Below are positions 1 to 11,291 of a DNA stretch of 64,000 nt, piece after piece. Source of the stretch: Oikopleura dioica (Eukaryota; Animalia; Chordata); contig OU015568.1 in the NCBI GenBank assembly GCA_907165135.1, forward strand, positions 12,090,001 through 12,154,000, given 5' to 3'. Positions within the stretch are counted from its first letter, which is position 1; every line of letters begins with the position of its first letter. The notes beneath the pieces were generated by a model, which worked only from the letters and a program-made list of their open reading frames with translations, was not told the DNA's origin and searched no databases. The translations under genes were made by a program, and so were the position numbers.

Positions 1-2160
1 CCCTAAATTAAATAATCAAGGAACTGGGCTGAGACGGCCCGAAGGGCCGTCAAGCCCTTAAATTAAATAATCAAGGAACTGGGCTGAGACGGCCCGAAGG
101 GCCGTCAAGCCCCTAAATTAAATAATCAAGGAACTGGGCTGAGACGGCCCGAAGGGCCGTCAAGCCCCTTAAATTAAATAATCAAGGAACTGGGCTGAGA
201 CGGCCCGAAGGGCCGTCAAGCCCCTTAAGGGTGTCCCCAACGATTTTTTTAAAACAGGCTATACTTTGAGCTATTTTTTATAGGACTTCCTGAACGCTTT
301 TCGGCTAAAAGAAATATACTCATTATTATTTAGACCCTTTTCTATGCCATAAATTTGGCAGAATTTTGAAATTGTAATCTTTTAATCCCCTACTTCAAAG
401 AGTTCTGATTTTTCTATTTTGACCAATCTTTGAGGTCGTTTTTCTCGAGTTCTACAAATTTAATTTTTAAATTTCGACCAGATCCTGATTCTTTGAACGC
501 TAATCTATGCCATTAATTTGACGGATTTTTAAAATTTCTCTGTATGCATCAGATACGATGCATTCTTTGGAGTAACGATTTTGCTGAAGCTTGAGCTCGA
601 TTCTAGCGCTGTTCCTGAAATTCAATTTTTCTCATTTTTACAGGGATAATAGTTTGATCTATTTTCAATCTCACGGTACGCTTAGATTTTGCGTTGATAA
701 GACCCTTAATCCCTTTTTCCGGCGCCAAAGTGCAGGTGTTTGCGACTTTTGGCGCACTGTTTGTAAGTGAAAAATTTGTGCTATCGTATTGATATAGGTA
801 TCATTGAATAGAGAATTTTTCAAGCTATCAGAAAATATACAGGTCGATATATAAAATCGAAAGTTTGGAAATGACCCTTTTTACAATGCATTTCTATCGA
901 GCCGTAATGCATTAGCGCTGTCATAGAAACAGTAATATCTCGAGAATCAGATGAGATATTTCAGATCTGAAAAAAGCTCTAGAATCAGCTTCCTTTAATT
1001 AACTCAAAAAAATTTGGTCATCAGACTAAGATTAGTCGAATCCGATCGTTGGGGACACCCTTAAATTAAATAATCAAGGAACTGGGCTGAGACGGCCCGA
1101 AGGGCCGTCAAGCCCTAAATTAAATAATCAAGGAACTGGGCTGAGACGGCCCGAAGGGCCGTCAAGCCTCTTAAATTAAATAATCAAGGAACTGGGCTGA
1201 GACGGCCCGAAGGGCCGTCAAGCCCTTAAATTAAATAATCAAGGAACTGGGCTGAGACGGCCCGAAGGGCCGTCAAGCCCCTTAAATTAAATAATCAAGG
1301 AACTGGGCTGAGACGGCCCGAAGGGCCGTCAAGCCCCTTAAATTAAATAATCAAGGAACTGGGCTGAGACGGCCCGAAGGGCCGTCAAGCCCCTAAATTA
1401 AATAATCAAGGAACTGGGCTGAGACGGCCCGAAGGGCCGTCAAGCCCTTAAATTAAATAATCAAGGAACTGGGCTGAGACGGCCTGAAGGGCCGTCAAGC
1501 CCCTTAAATTAAATAATCAAGGAACTGGGCTGAGACGGCCCGAAGGGCCGTCAAGCCCCTTAAATTAAATAATCAAGGAACTGGGCTGAGACGGCCTGAA
1601 GGGCCGTCAAGCCCCTTAAATTAAATAATCAAGGAACTGGGCTGAGACGGCCCGAAGGGCCGTCAAGCCCCTTAAATTAAATAATCAAGGAACTGGGCTG
1701 AGACGGCCTGAAGGGCCGTCAAGCCCCTTAAATTAAATAATCAAGGAACTGGGCTGAGACGGCCCGAAGGGCCGTCAAGCCCCTTAAATTAAATAATCAA
1801 GGAACTGGGCTGAGACGGCCCGAAGGGCCGTCAAGCCCCTTAAATTAAATATTCAAGGAACTGGGCTGAGACGGCCTGAAGGGCCGTCAAGCCCCTTAAA
1901 TTAAATAATCAAGGAACTGGGCTGAGACGGCCCGAAGGGCCGTCAAGCCCTTAAATTAAATAATCAAGGAACTGGGCTGAGACGGCCTGAAGGGCCGTCA
2001 AGCCCTTAAATTAAATAATCAAGGAACTGGGCTGAGACGGCCCGAAGGGCCGTCAAGCCCCTTAAATTAAATAATCAAGGAACTGGGCTGAGACGGCCCG
2101 AAGGGCCGTCAAGCCCCTTAAATTAAATAATCAAGGAACTGGGCTGAGACGGCCCGAAGG
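1..2160. repeat. Tandem satellite, 55-56 bp unit (TTAAATTAAATAATCAAGGAACTGGGCTGAGACGGCCCGAAGGGCCGTCAAGCCCC), interrupted at 229-1060
   Basis: About 4 units at 1-228 and about 20 units at 1061-2160, near-identical, no spacers. Each unit holds the inverted repeat GACGGCCC-GAA-GGGCCGTC. The array probably continues left of the window. Confidence 0.97.
229..1060. mobile_element. Non-autonomous DNA transposon (MITE), TTAA-flanked, Kolobok-like termini
   Basis: Perfect 16 bp TIR GGGTGTCCCCAACGAT (229-244) / ATCGTTGGGGACACCC (1045-1060). TTAA on both sides (225-228, 1061-1064). No ORF in the track. RR..YY ends with TTAA TSD fit Kolobok; piggyBac starts CC. Confidence 0.85.
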
Positions 2161-2844
2161 AACTTTCCGTTAAAGGGCACTACCGCACGAGGTAACAATG
2201 TGTCTATAGAGAGCATCGTCTGCACTTCCTTTTGGTGGTCTTGGTTCGGTTGTGGGTCGTTGTGGTTTCGAGTTATTCGACCAAATGTCCGAAACTTGTG
2301 GTATTTTTCCGAAAAATATCGCTATTCTACCATCAAAAATCAAAAATTTTTAATTTCCACTCATTTTTAAGATTCCCTTCTATTTATGTATATGGTCACT
2401 TGGTTTCAGCGTTTTTTAACAACACGTTTCTGGCCGAATTCCCACCAGCGCAACCCCATTCATACACAATCGTGTCGTATGTTTCCGCGAGTAATCCGGG
2501 ATTCTCCGCTACCCTTTTCTCCGATTCTACTCGCGTCGCGGGCTACTCGCGATTTTCCTTTACTCATTTACCCGATTTACACGCACGGGTCTCCGCGCGA
2601 GTAACCCTTGTAAAAAACTGCGGGTTACCCGGAGAAAAATTGCGGGTAATTTCGAAGGACTCGAAATCAACAGCCATGGTTTGCAGTTCAAATATAAGTA
2701 AGGGTGGTCAAATTTTCGACATTCAGGAGTGGGAAAAAGGGTTTTAACGTTCAATTCTAGATTCTAGAACCGAGATTCTAGAAAAATTCGCCGTCTGTTC
2801 GGCGTGAAAGTTTCAAACGAAGCAAGAATCGAAATTTGACTACT

Positions 2845-3460
2845 GTCACTCAGAGAGATACATGAAAATGACTTTTTCGGAGCAAAATTCTACCCCCCAT
2901 GTTTCTTGTGCTCATCTGAAAGAGCAACTCCCGAGTAGTCGATTCATATAGTTTTGAGGGTCTGAGTCATCATAAATGACGTCATAGGCTCCCCTAAAGA
3001 AAAAATCCTTTGACGCCCTCTATCTCCGAAAATTTTCGAAAAAGTATGGTGATTTTGGTATCATTCGAAAGCCCAGCTCAAACTGTGGTTGCGCACCCGG
3101 TTCGCAGCCGAAAATTCTAAGCAAAAGAATATATTTATAAGCGTGAACTTTTTAGTAAAATTTTTTTTTTCGTCGTTTTCTCTTGCGCACCAACTGCGCA
3201 ACCACAGTTTTGGCTGGGCTTTCGAATGATACCCATATCTTCATACTTTTTCCGAAGATTTCTGGACATACAGGGCGTCAAAACTTGTCATTTTCAGGTA
3301 CTTGAGGCGCTAGAATCGGACATTTTTCAAAGCTTTGACGCATAAAAATCGTACAATTCGACTCCTCAGAACCTGCGCTACAAGTTGAGCACAAAAAATA
3401 TTGAGGTCCCGATTTTGCTCCGCAAAAGTCATTTTCATCTATCCTCTCTTTATGGGACAT
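2845..3460. mobile_element. Foldback/palindromic MITE-like element
   Basis: Long imperfect inverted arms, e.g. GAAAATGACTTTTTCGGAGCAAAAT (~2864) vs ATTTTGCTCCGCAAAAGTCATTTTC (~3412), and GGTATCATTCGAAAGCCCAGC (~3057) vs GCTGGGCTTTCGAATGATACC (~3212). Ends and TSD not resolved. Confidence 0.65.
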
Positions 3461-3587
3461 TTAGGGGGTAAATTCTTTCAAATTAAATGAGTAAAGAAGA
3501 GGGGTTTCTCTATCTTATTCCTTGTAGAAAAGTTTTTTCGGAAATCAAGATCATAATTCCTTTAAATTTATGAAGAGTTCCCTTTAT

Positions 3588-4051
3588 CAGAGTTTGAAAA
3601 AATGGCGAGCGCGAGCGAGTGAGCGAGCGCTCATGCTCACTCGCTCACCATAAAATTCCGGGCCGCCGCTCCCGCTCACTCGCGCTCGCCAATAGTCATT
3701 TTTAGTTTATTCATCCTAGAGACAAAGTATTACTATATTTGACAAATTTTTCTTTATTTTATCTAAGATAAGTAAAAGACTCTTTTACTCGCATTAGAAT
3801 GCTCTTTTTTGTCTTCTATAATTAATTATGCGTTAAAATTTGAAATTAATAGGATTTTCGAACAAATATTCGCTAAAAAGTTCCCCAAAAAGCTGCGAGT
3901 GAGCGCGAGCGAGCGAGCGAGCGCTCATGCTCGCTTACTCACCGGAAATTCCTGGGGTCTGCGCTCACGCTCGCTCACTTACGAAATAATTGAAGAGTGT
4001 CTGCTCGCGCTCGCTCACTCACGAGAGTCATGATTATTTTTTCAAACACTG
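3588..4051. mobile_element. Non-autonomous hAT element (464 bp)
   Basis: TIR CAGAGTTTGAAAAAA / TTTTTTCAAACACTG (1 mismatch). 8 bp flanks CCCTTTAT (3580-3587) and CACTTTAT (4052-4059) match 7/8. Subterminal GAGC/GCTC repeat clusters at both ends. Confidence 0.82.
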
Positions 4052-4404
4052 CACTTTATAAAGAGTATGGAAGTCTGACCCTTATCATTTGGAATGAGGA
4101 AAACCGATCCATCATTTTTCTCCGGATACGCCCCTCTTTGATAGCCAGGCGCACTTTCATCCCTTCTTTACACTTGCTCCGGTCTCCCGCGGAGTCTCTT
4201 CTTTCGCGGTGCGCCTTCTGGTGATCTTTTCCAATCGTAATGCAATTTGCTCAAGCTTTTTTCTTCATCGCACTTTTCTAACTCGTTTATCCTTTTCTCC
4301 ATTTTCCACTAGAGGCGGTTCTCCTCGTTGATTGCAGCTCCCCGAGAATTGGGGCCGAGATTTGATTTATATTTTTTCTTTCTTCATTTGAAAAGAATTT
4401 AAAA

Positions 4405-5742
4405 ATGGAATTTCATTACGACGCCGACTATCAATATCAGGTAATTTGAAATTTAATTTTACACCAGGCGGAGAGAGAGAGGTAGAGCTAAATTAATTTT
4501 GTATAATATGATCACTTTGATAACTTGATAAGATAGAGAAGAATGAGATTATTTTCAGGCAGAGATACAGAATGCAGCTATTTGGCCCTCGCAGCTGATT
4601 TACAGACCACAAGACGAGTCCTCTGCACTACAGGTTTGATAAAAAGGCTTTTCGAAAGTGGAGCAAGAATTAAGATTCCCGGACTGAATGAAATTGACCC
4701 TCGGAGTGATCAGAGTTTCTGCTCGACAGCTTCATCAAATTCTACTTCAAGTCGAGAGAATCTTGCGCTTGAGCGTCGAAAACAACGAAGAATAAGGTAT
4801 GAAAGCGTCGATATAAAATCTAAATTGCCGCCTAAGATGACTGAAAGTCCATCATTTATGGGCTTGCTAGTCTGAATTCGCCTTTCTCTTATTTCGTATT
4901 CGTAGAACGACATTTTCAACCGCTCAGCTGAGAGAATTGGAAAGAGTATTTCACGAGACGCACTATCCAGACATCTACACAAGAGAAGATTTAGCCAGCA
5001 GAATTGATCTAACTGAAGCTCGAGTTCAAGGTATGATTTAAAAAATGAAGGAGTAAAAAGAAAAGGGTTAAGTTTGGTTTCAAAACCGCCGCGCAAAGTT
5101 CCGGAAGCAGGAGAAACTTTCAAAAGCGAAATCGCCCAGCGAAAAAACAGGCGGCGGTGCGTTGATGAGCGAAGCTGGCGCCGCGGGCGATGCCGCTGCC
5201 GCTACAGGGGCACTCGCCGGAAGCGGTGCGAGTGCCGCCTCGAGTGATGCCCAAGTCAAGCTCAGGTCAGTGCGAGCTAATTGAGATTGATTGCTTCGGC
5301 AAAACGCGTGAGAGCGTAATTGGGTTAGCATTGGCGGAGCAAGGCTTTTGTTAATATTTCAAGTCCCGTCGAGAGTATTGTTTTTAACTTGCGATATTCA
5401 GTCCGAAAACGCCAAAGTCATCATCGCCAAAGACTGAAGCTTCAACGATTCCAACTCCTCCCACAGCTGGTATTTTTATTTTTCCATTTCAGCTTCGCCA
5501 TTTTCAGATCATGTCTCATTCGCCTCTCCCTACAGCATCTACTCATCCTACGATCCGTTTTCCATGACTTCAGCTGCTTATGGAACTTCTAGACATCTTT
5601 ACGAAGAGCATATGCGCCAAGTAAAATGATCATTTTATCATTTGTGATTCAATACTTTTAGTATTCGTCACCATCTTCTCTAAAAACTGAGCTTCCACCT
5701 GATCTACCCGTTCAAAGTCCTGTCTATCGTGATGAAAATTGA
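4405..5742 (+). CDS. PHOX2: Paired-class (Q50) homeobox transcription factor, Phox2 ortholog, multi-exon
   Basis: Spliced homeodomain [61 protein letters not shown] (introns 4797-4905 and 5031-5072) closely matches PHOX2A/B. Stop 5740-5742; AATAAA near 5777. Confidence 0.92.
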
Positions 5743-5992
5743 GTAGCAAAAGTGTTTAATGTTCTATTTTATTGTAAATAAAAATTTCTTAAAAATTATT
5801 CGTTAACAATAAGCTAAACATAAGTAACGTTTTTCAAAGTTTTCAAATAAAACAAACAATTGACCGCCTATGAGTCGAGCAAGTTATACGACTTTGTGTC
5901 TTTTTACGATCAACTGGCCATGACGGGCGGCTAAAATAACGGTGAATCATTTATGAAAGAATTGTGTATTTTTCAAAACGAGTCAGAAAAAA

Positions 5993-7444
5993 ATGAGAGT
6001 TCCAGTTTCTTTGTTGTCTCTTATCGGCCTTTCTAGCGGCCAGACTTGTACGGATCTTCCGACAAAGTCTTCTTCTGAGTTTAGCACAGAATTCTACGAG
6101 TATGCCTGTACGATTATTGCGAGAGTAGAAGAGAATCAAATAGCTGACCCAGCAACAGTATGTGCGACTGTAAAGACGCGATGGGAGGCTACAGTCACAA
6201 GCACAAAGATGTATTTTACTAAGGACTTTGAGAACACCGTCGCGCCAAGTATTGACGCTAACAGTAAGTAATTCTGAAGAAGAGGGGTTATAATACATTG
6301 TTTCAGATAGAAACGTTGTTCCGTATTCTGTAAAAATGCAACTGATTGACGCTGATTTCAATTACGACAAATCTCCAACAGAGTCTGATTTCCAAGATAA
6401 ACTAAATGAGCACTTAGAAGACTACTACATCAATAGCGACTTCTTCGATAGAATTTATGTTGAGTCTGGCGGCTGTACTCAAACAGGTATTGCTCGTTTT
6501 ATCATAACTTAGTAACTTTATTTATTCGGTATGTCTTCTACTGTAGTGTTTTAGATTTCAAACCGTTGAAGCCTTCCGATGTTACTCCTGTAACAACCGA
6601 GCTTGATAAATTCCAAGATTCTGCGAAGGTTTCTGGGCAAGTGAAACTCGACAAGGCTTTTGCAACCGAACCCAAGCCTCTTTTTATCTACGACGAAGCA
6701 AAAGTTGGCCCGGACGCTTCTTCATACGAAAAAAGTTTGATTGTTTCAAAACTCAATGACGAGGTTGTACCAGATGTATTCCAACAGGTTAAAAATGCCC
6801 TTCTTCCTTGATTTCAAACATACGTTCAGCCGGATGACGCGGAATTCAAATACTACGAATATACACTTAGCAAAGACATAGCCGATCCTGAGGTTATCCT
6901 GCTGGATTACACAGCTTATTACGCCCCAATCGGAAACACAACACTCAGTGAGGCACAGACAGAACAAATAAGGTACTGAACTTTTCGTGAAATTTCAAGT
7001 TTTGGAACGCGAACGATTATTCAGATTGGATGTCGAATCAAAATTTAACGATTACGTAAATCGGGGCGATACATTTATTTCGTCGATATCGGAAGCTCCA
7101 ACTGCAGAATATGGTAAAAACTTATGTGTGAACTCTCTTGCAATATTCTTTTTAGTTCCGCGACAATTGAAAGCAAACGAAATCTACCGGGCGAATATAA
7201 TTACTCTGTGTGTAACCCTAGCCGTGGCAGCTCTGCTCGTGATCCTCATCGGGGCCGTCGTTGGCGTCGCTTACAAAGATATTCAGAAACGTAAGACTCT
7301 CCTGTTTAATCCTCTGACAAACTTAAATTCTCAGAAGTTCGTCCGCCAGTGGGCGTTGGTCCTTCTGGGCTCACAGTCAAGCCGCTGGAATCAATGTACA
7401 CAGTGGATACAACTAGAACCGCTACGAATACAATGCGCTTTTGA
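5993..7444 (+). CDS. Type I membrane protein with SEA-like ectodomain, multi-exon
   Basis: Signal peptide MRVPVSLLSLIGLSSG; ectodomain segments reminiscent of SEA modules; TM LCVTLAVAALLVILIGAVVGVAY; short GT-AG introns. Domain call by eye. Confidence 0.6.
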
Positions 7445-7507
7445 GACTGTAAATTTGTTAAAACTCTGCATCAATACATTCCAATCAGCATTTTATTCAC
7501 ATTTCTT

Positions 7508-10240
7508 TTACAAAATTATACAGCAGGAATCTTCAGAATTAGCTTCAGGGTTTTTCTGAAGTTCATTTCGAGCTCTATCTTCCTTTTTGTGATACAATTT
7601 CAAAATATACATGGTCAGGAGCACCAAAATGACCGATACGATGACAGATGCAAATGCTGGGGCCCAGGATAATGGCTAAATAAAACGTCAAGTTTGCTGT
7701 TCTTGTGTTAAAAATACCTCTGAGCATCCGATTTTGACCCCGTTCAGAGCTTTTACAAGGTCATTCGATTTCGTGCAATCATTGTTGTCCAAAAACGTGC
7801 AGGTTTTCGGAAGAGTTAGAAATTTTCCTTCCATACAATTGTACGAAACACTCTTCTCTTCCTTGGTCATTTTTTCAAGGTAGACTGGCTCGTAGTATTT
7901 TGCCTTGTAAGCATCAATCTGAGGCCAACCTTGAATAGTCGAATTCGGATGTTTCAAGTGAACGGCAAGGACGAACAAGAGTTCTTGTTCATCGAAAAAA
8001 GCTTTGCTCATGTTGGTTTTCAACATCACATTTATTCAAAACAAACATATGTTAAATGTCTCAATCCATTCCTTATCACGTCATATCCGTCTTTTTCCCG
8101 CGGTTCCTCTTGCCACCCTTCTTTTTGCCAGGCATTGATGTACCAAGATTCAAAAAGGACCGGATAATCGGCATTAATCTCGTAGTGAGGGTATGAGTAA
8201 AGCAAGCCAGAGGGCGTCACAGCAACGACTCTGTATTGACCAGGACAAGTTTCTGATTTTCTCAAAATTTCTTGCAGTCCATCGAATCGGTAAATATCGA
8301 CGAGAGCCTGAGTCGTCAGACAGCTTTTCTGAAAAAATGATGTTTTCTTTTTCTACAGAACTTACATAATCTTCCCAGCATTCCTTCATTGTTGCTTTTC
8401 CACAGTTTACGTTCAAATTGATATATTCGTCCCCCACATCAAACGCATCGAGCATCTCATCTCTTGACTCGAACTCATTGAATCCATCACTGAATCTAAG
8501 TTCCTCGCCTCCGGGTATTTTCTCGACCGCATCCATGAGGAGAACTGGTGAGTTTTTCTCTCCGAAGCAGACTTTTTGATCCATAATCAAACTGCACTCT
8601 GATTCCTCAATGTTAAAAAGAGGATCGGCGCCCGATTCATAAAGTTGTGCCCACTCATCTAATACAGCTTTTTCGCCCTCATGATACTTTACAACCATGA
8701 GTAGAAAACTAGCAGCTGAGTTAACTTTGAATATCTCGTAGTCATCGTTCGATTTAGTGTCTTCAGATCCCTCAGATATCATTTCTTCAACGTCCTTCGC
8801 AAAATCTGAAGAGTCCCAATTTTCATAGAAAAAATCCATGTCATCGTATGATAAACTTCCGCAATTATCTGTCTCCTCTGTTTTATTCTTTAATTTCTCT
8901 TCGTATTGCGGTGTGAGAGTCTTTGGATGGTAAACGAAATTGCCAAAGGAGTCCAGGAAGAAGATTTCTGATTTGAATTTCGAGTCAAAAATGCCCTTGA
9001 ACAGTGGATTCTTCAATCTTGGGCCTCTAGTCAAGATATCGATGTCCAGCCCTATGATACCCGTTTCCATCAATCGAGAGACTGTATTTATTTCCCCGAA
9101 TCTAAATGCATCGTTGTATTGAAGACCGAGCACCGAGGTGCTGTTTTCTTCACTCGGCTTCTTTGTCAATTTACTGAATTTGAGATCCCACAAAGTCGCG
9201 TTCAGAGAATTAAACTCTTCTAGCGTCTCCTTGAAGCTCCAATCTTCTCCTAAACGAAGATCATCGTCTTCGCAGGTTAAACAAGCAGCTGAGCCATCGC
9301 AGGTTTCAATTTCTTCCGTAAAGTTGCACTTGTGAAGATCTTCCAAAACTTCGAAAATTCTCGTCCCCTCGAACCCGCTAAAGCTCTTTTCTTTGCAGTC
9401 TTCTCTGAACTGAACTTTTTTGTTTCTTCCTTCTTGGGCGTCAAGGAACCACGGTCGAATTCGGGGGTCATAAGCATTGCACGAAGTGGGAGTAGACTCA
9501 CAGGGGTAGACGTAGTGATAACCGTCGAATGTGCCAAAATATATTCCTTTTAAAGCATCACCAATTGTTGCAGAAGCATTTTCAAATGCATCGCGAATAG
9601 GAGATATTAAGGTTTCGTCATCACAACTGAAATAAGGATCGAACTTTTTGAGACGGAAAAATCTGCATCTACGCTTTTGGATCCCTTCCTGTACGTAGGA
9701 ATGTACGAATTAAACTGGTCAAAGGTCCGTGGCGAATTTGGCGAAACTAGTTCACACAAAAGCTCTCTTTCCGGAAGAATCGCTTCACGGCCATTTTTAA
9801 AATCAAGAGCGCCAGAATTCGAATCTGGATCAACTTCGAAGTTTTGCCTTTGATTTCCGCTAATTGAGCAGGACGACTGCCACTGTACTTTTACTTGCTT
9901 ACAGTTACCCGTAGGCGTCCGCTCAAATGCTTTCACCACGTCGTCGAGCGCGTCGTAAACTTTCATAAAATTTCTTTCGACGTCATCTTTTATTTGTTCG
10001 ACGATTCTTTTTGAATCCACTGGTTTCTTTGAACCTTCATTTCTTTACGCGTTTTTAAAAAGTGCTTTTTTACTCAATTGTTCTTGAAGAAAAAAAACGA
10101 GTCCTGAACTGCTCAGCAAAATTCGTTGGAAACTGTTTTTCAATTATCTTTCTACAAGTCTCTAATCTTGAATCCGACATTTTCATCGATTAAATTCAAA
10201 AAATAAAGAAGATGGACAGGAGTAGTGATTGAATTCGCGG
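7508..10240 (-). CDS. Cache-domain (alpha2delta/CACHD1-like) single-pass membrane protein; 5' end approximate
   Basis: The frame upstream of ORF 8174..9346 reads IYFGTFDGYHYVYP...AYDPRIRPWF, a Cache-type motif; second Cache-like segment FFLDSFGNFVYHP. C-terminal TM, then tail ending SCCIIL-stop at 7508-7510. Confidence 0.72.
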
Positions 10241-10879
10241 ATTAGAAAAGCGTAACAAAGAATTTACGATCTTCTTTCCGCGACGAATAAAAGACAGGTG
10301 TTTTGAAAGGGAAAATGTTTTTTATTATTTTCTGGATGATTGGCAAAGATGAGTCTTCAGGACTCAGACGAACGGAAAATTAATATGCTAATTCGGGATC
10401 TAAAAATCACTCGCGCGGAAAATCTGAATCGCAAAAAGAAAAAGAATCAATAAAGGAACCCCTTGACGCGCTTTAATTTTAGGGAGATACCGCTTTAACC
10501 TATTTTTGCATCGATCCGCGATTCCGGCATCAAACGCGGATTGATATTTACAGGGGAAATAATGCATATTTGAGCGATTTTAAGGATATAACAGCGAAAA
10601 GAGCTGAGTATTGACAAATAGTTGTTATATTTAAATCATAAATTCTGATTATCAGACGCCTTTAATAAGAATTTCTATCATTCACTTAGAGTTATTAATT
10701 AATTACTAATTAAAAATCTAAGCCTGAGATTGCTAAAAATTCCAATATATTATCAAATAAATTCATGTCTGGCTGGCTTTCTGTCAAAAGTTCCCTGTGG
10801 CCTGAATTTCCCCGAAAAACTGCTTTTCTCAGCAAAATCAGCCAATTCTAAGGCACTCTGTCGCCTCCTGGCGGTTCTG

Positions 10880-10990
10880 CTTGCCTGGGGAAGTGGCTGT
10901 GGGCGAGGCCGCGCGCGCCGCTGATTGGCTCCCGCGAACTGGTCCGTCTGCTCGGCCGTCGCTTTTCTCTTTCAACGCTCTTTCTCCCCT
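10880..10990 (+). promoter_or_regulatory. GC-rich promoter-like segment with reverse CCAAT box upstream of the PNRC gene
   Basis: GC-rich island in an AT-rich background, CTGATTGGCT at 10921-10930, followed by a pyrimidine-rich leader. Positional inference only. Confidence 0.35.
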
Positions 10991-11291
10991 TTCTCACCCG
11001 TGCGAGTTTACGTATCTCTTTTTTGAATCTTTCTTTTTTCGAGAAATTTCAAAGCCTCAAATTTCGACGCGAAACACTAGTAGCCCTGAAATTTGAACTT
11101 TCAACGAAAAATCTCAAAAAACTCATTTTCTTTTTCAAGTTTTTATTCAAATCGTTTGAATAAAAATAGAAGAAAGAAGAGTCACGAGAAGATTCATCCA
11201 AAAGAATCAACTGCCAGAAATAATCAGAGCATTACTTTACGCAAACTTACTTTTTCGACGGAAAATCACTAGAAGCGACCTCATCTTCAAT

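Noticed and set aside
18-55. Hammerhead ribozyme in the satellite unit (CTGAGA..GAAG)
   Set aside because: The CUGANGA and GAAA core motifs are not present in the required spacing.
1-2160. CRISPR array
   Set aside because: Units are contiguous with no unique spacers, there are no cas genes, and the context is a spliced eukaryotic genome.
2232-2747. 171 aa ORF next to the satellite
   Set aside because: Alternative start, no recognisable motif, lies in repeat-derived DNA.
2170-3565. A larger TTAA-flanked element from TTAAAGG (2170) to CCTTTAA (~3559)
   Set aside because: Only 3 bp of terminal inverted match; not distinguishable from chance.
9590-9720. Apparent frameshift in the Cache-domain gene
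   Set aside because: A plausible short intron ending CCTTATTTCAG restores the frame.
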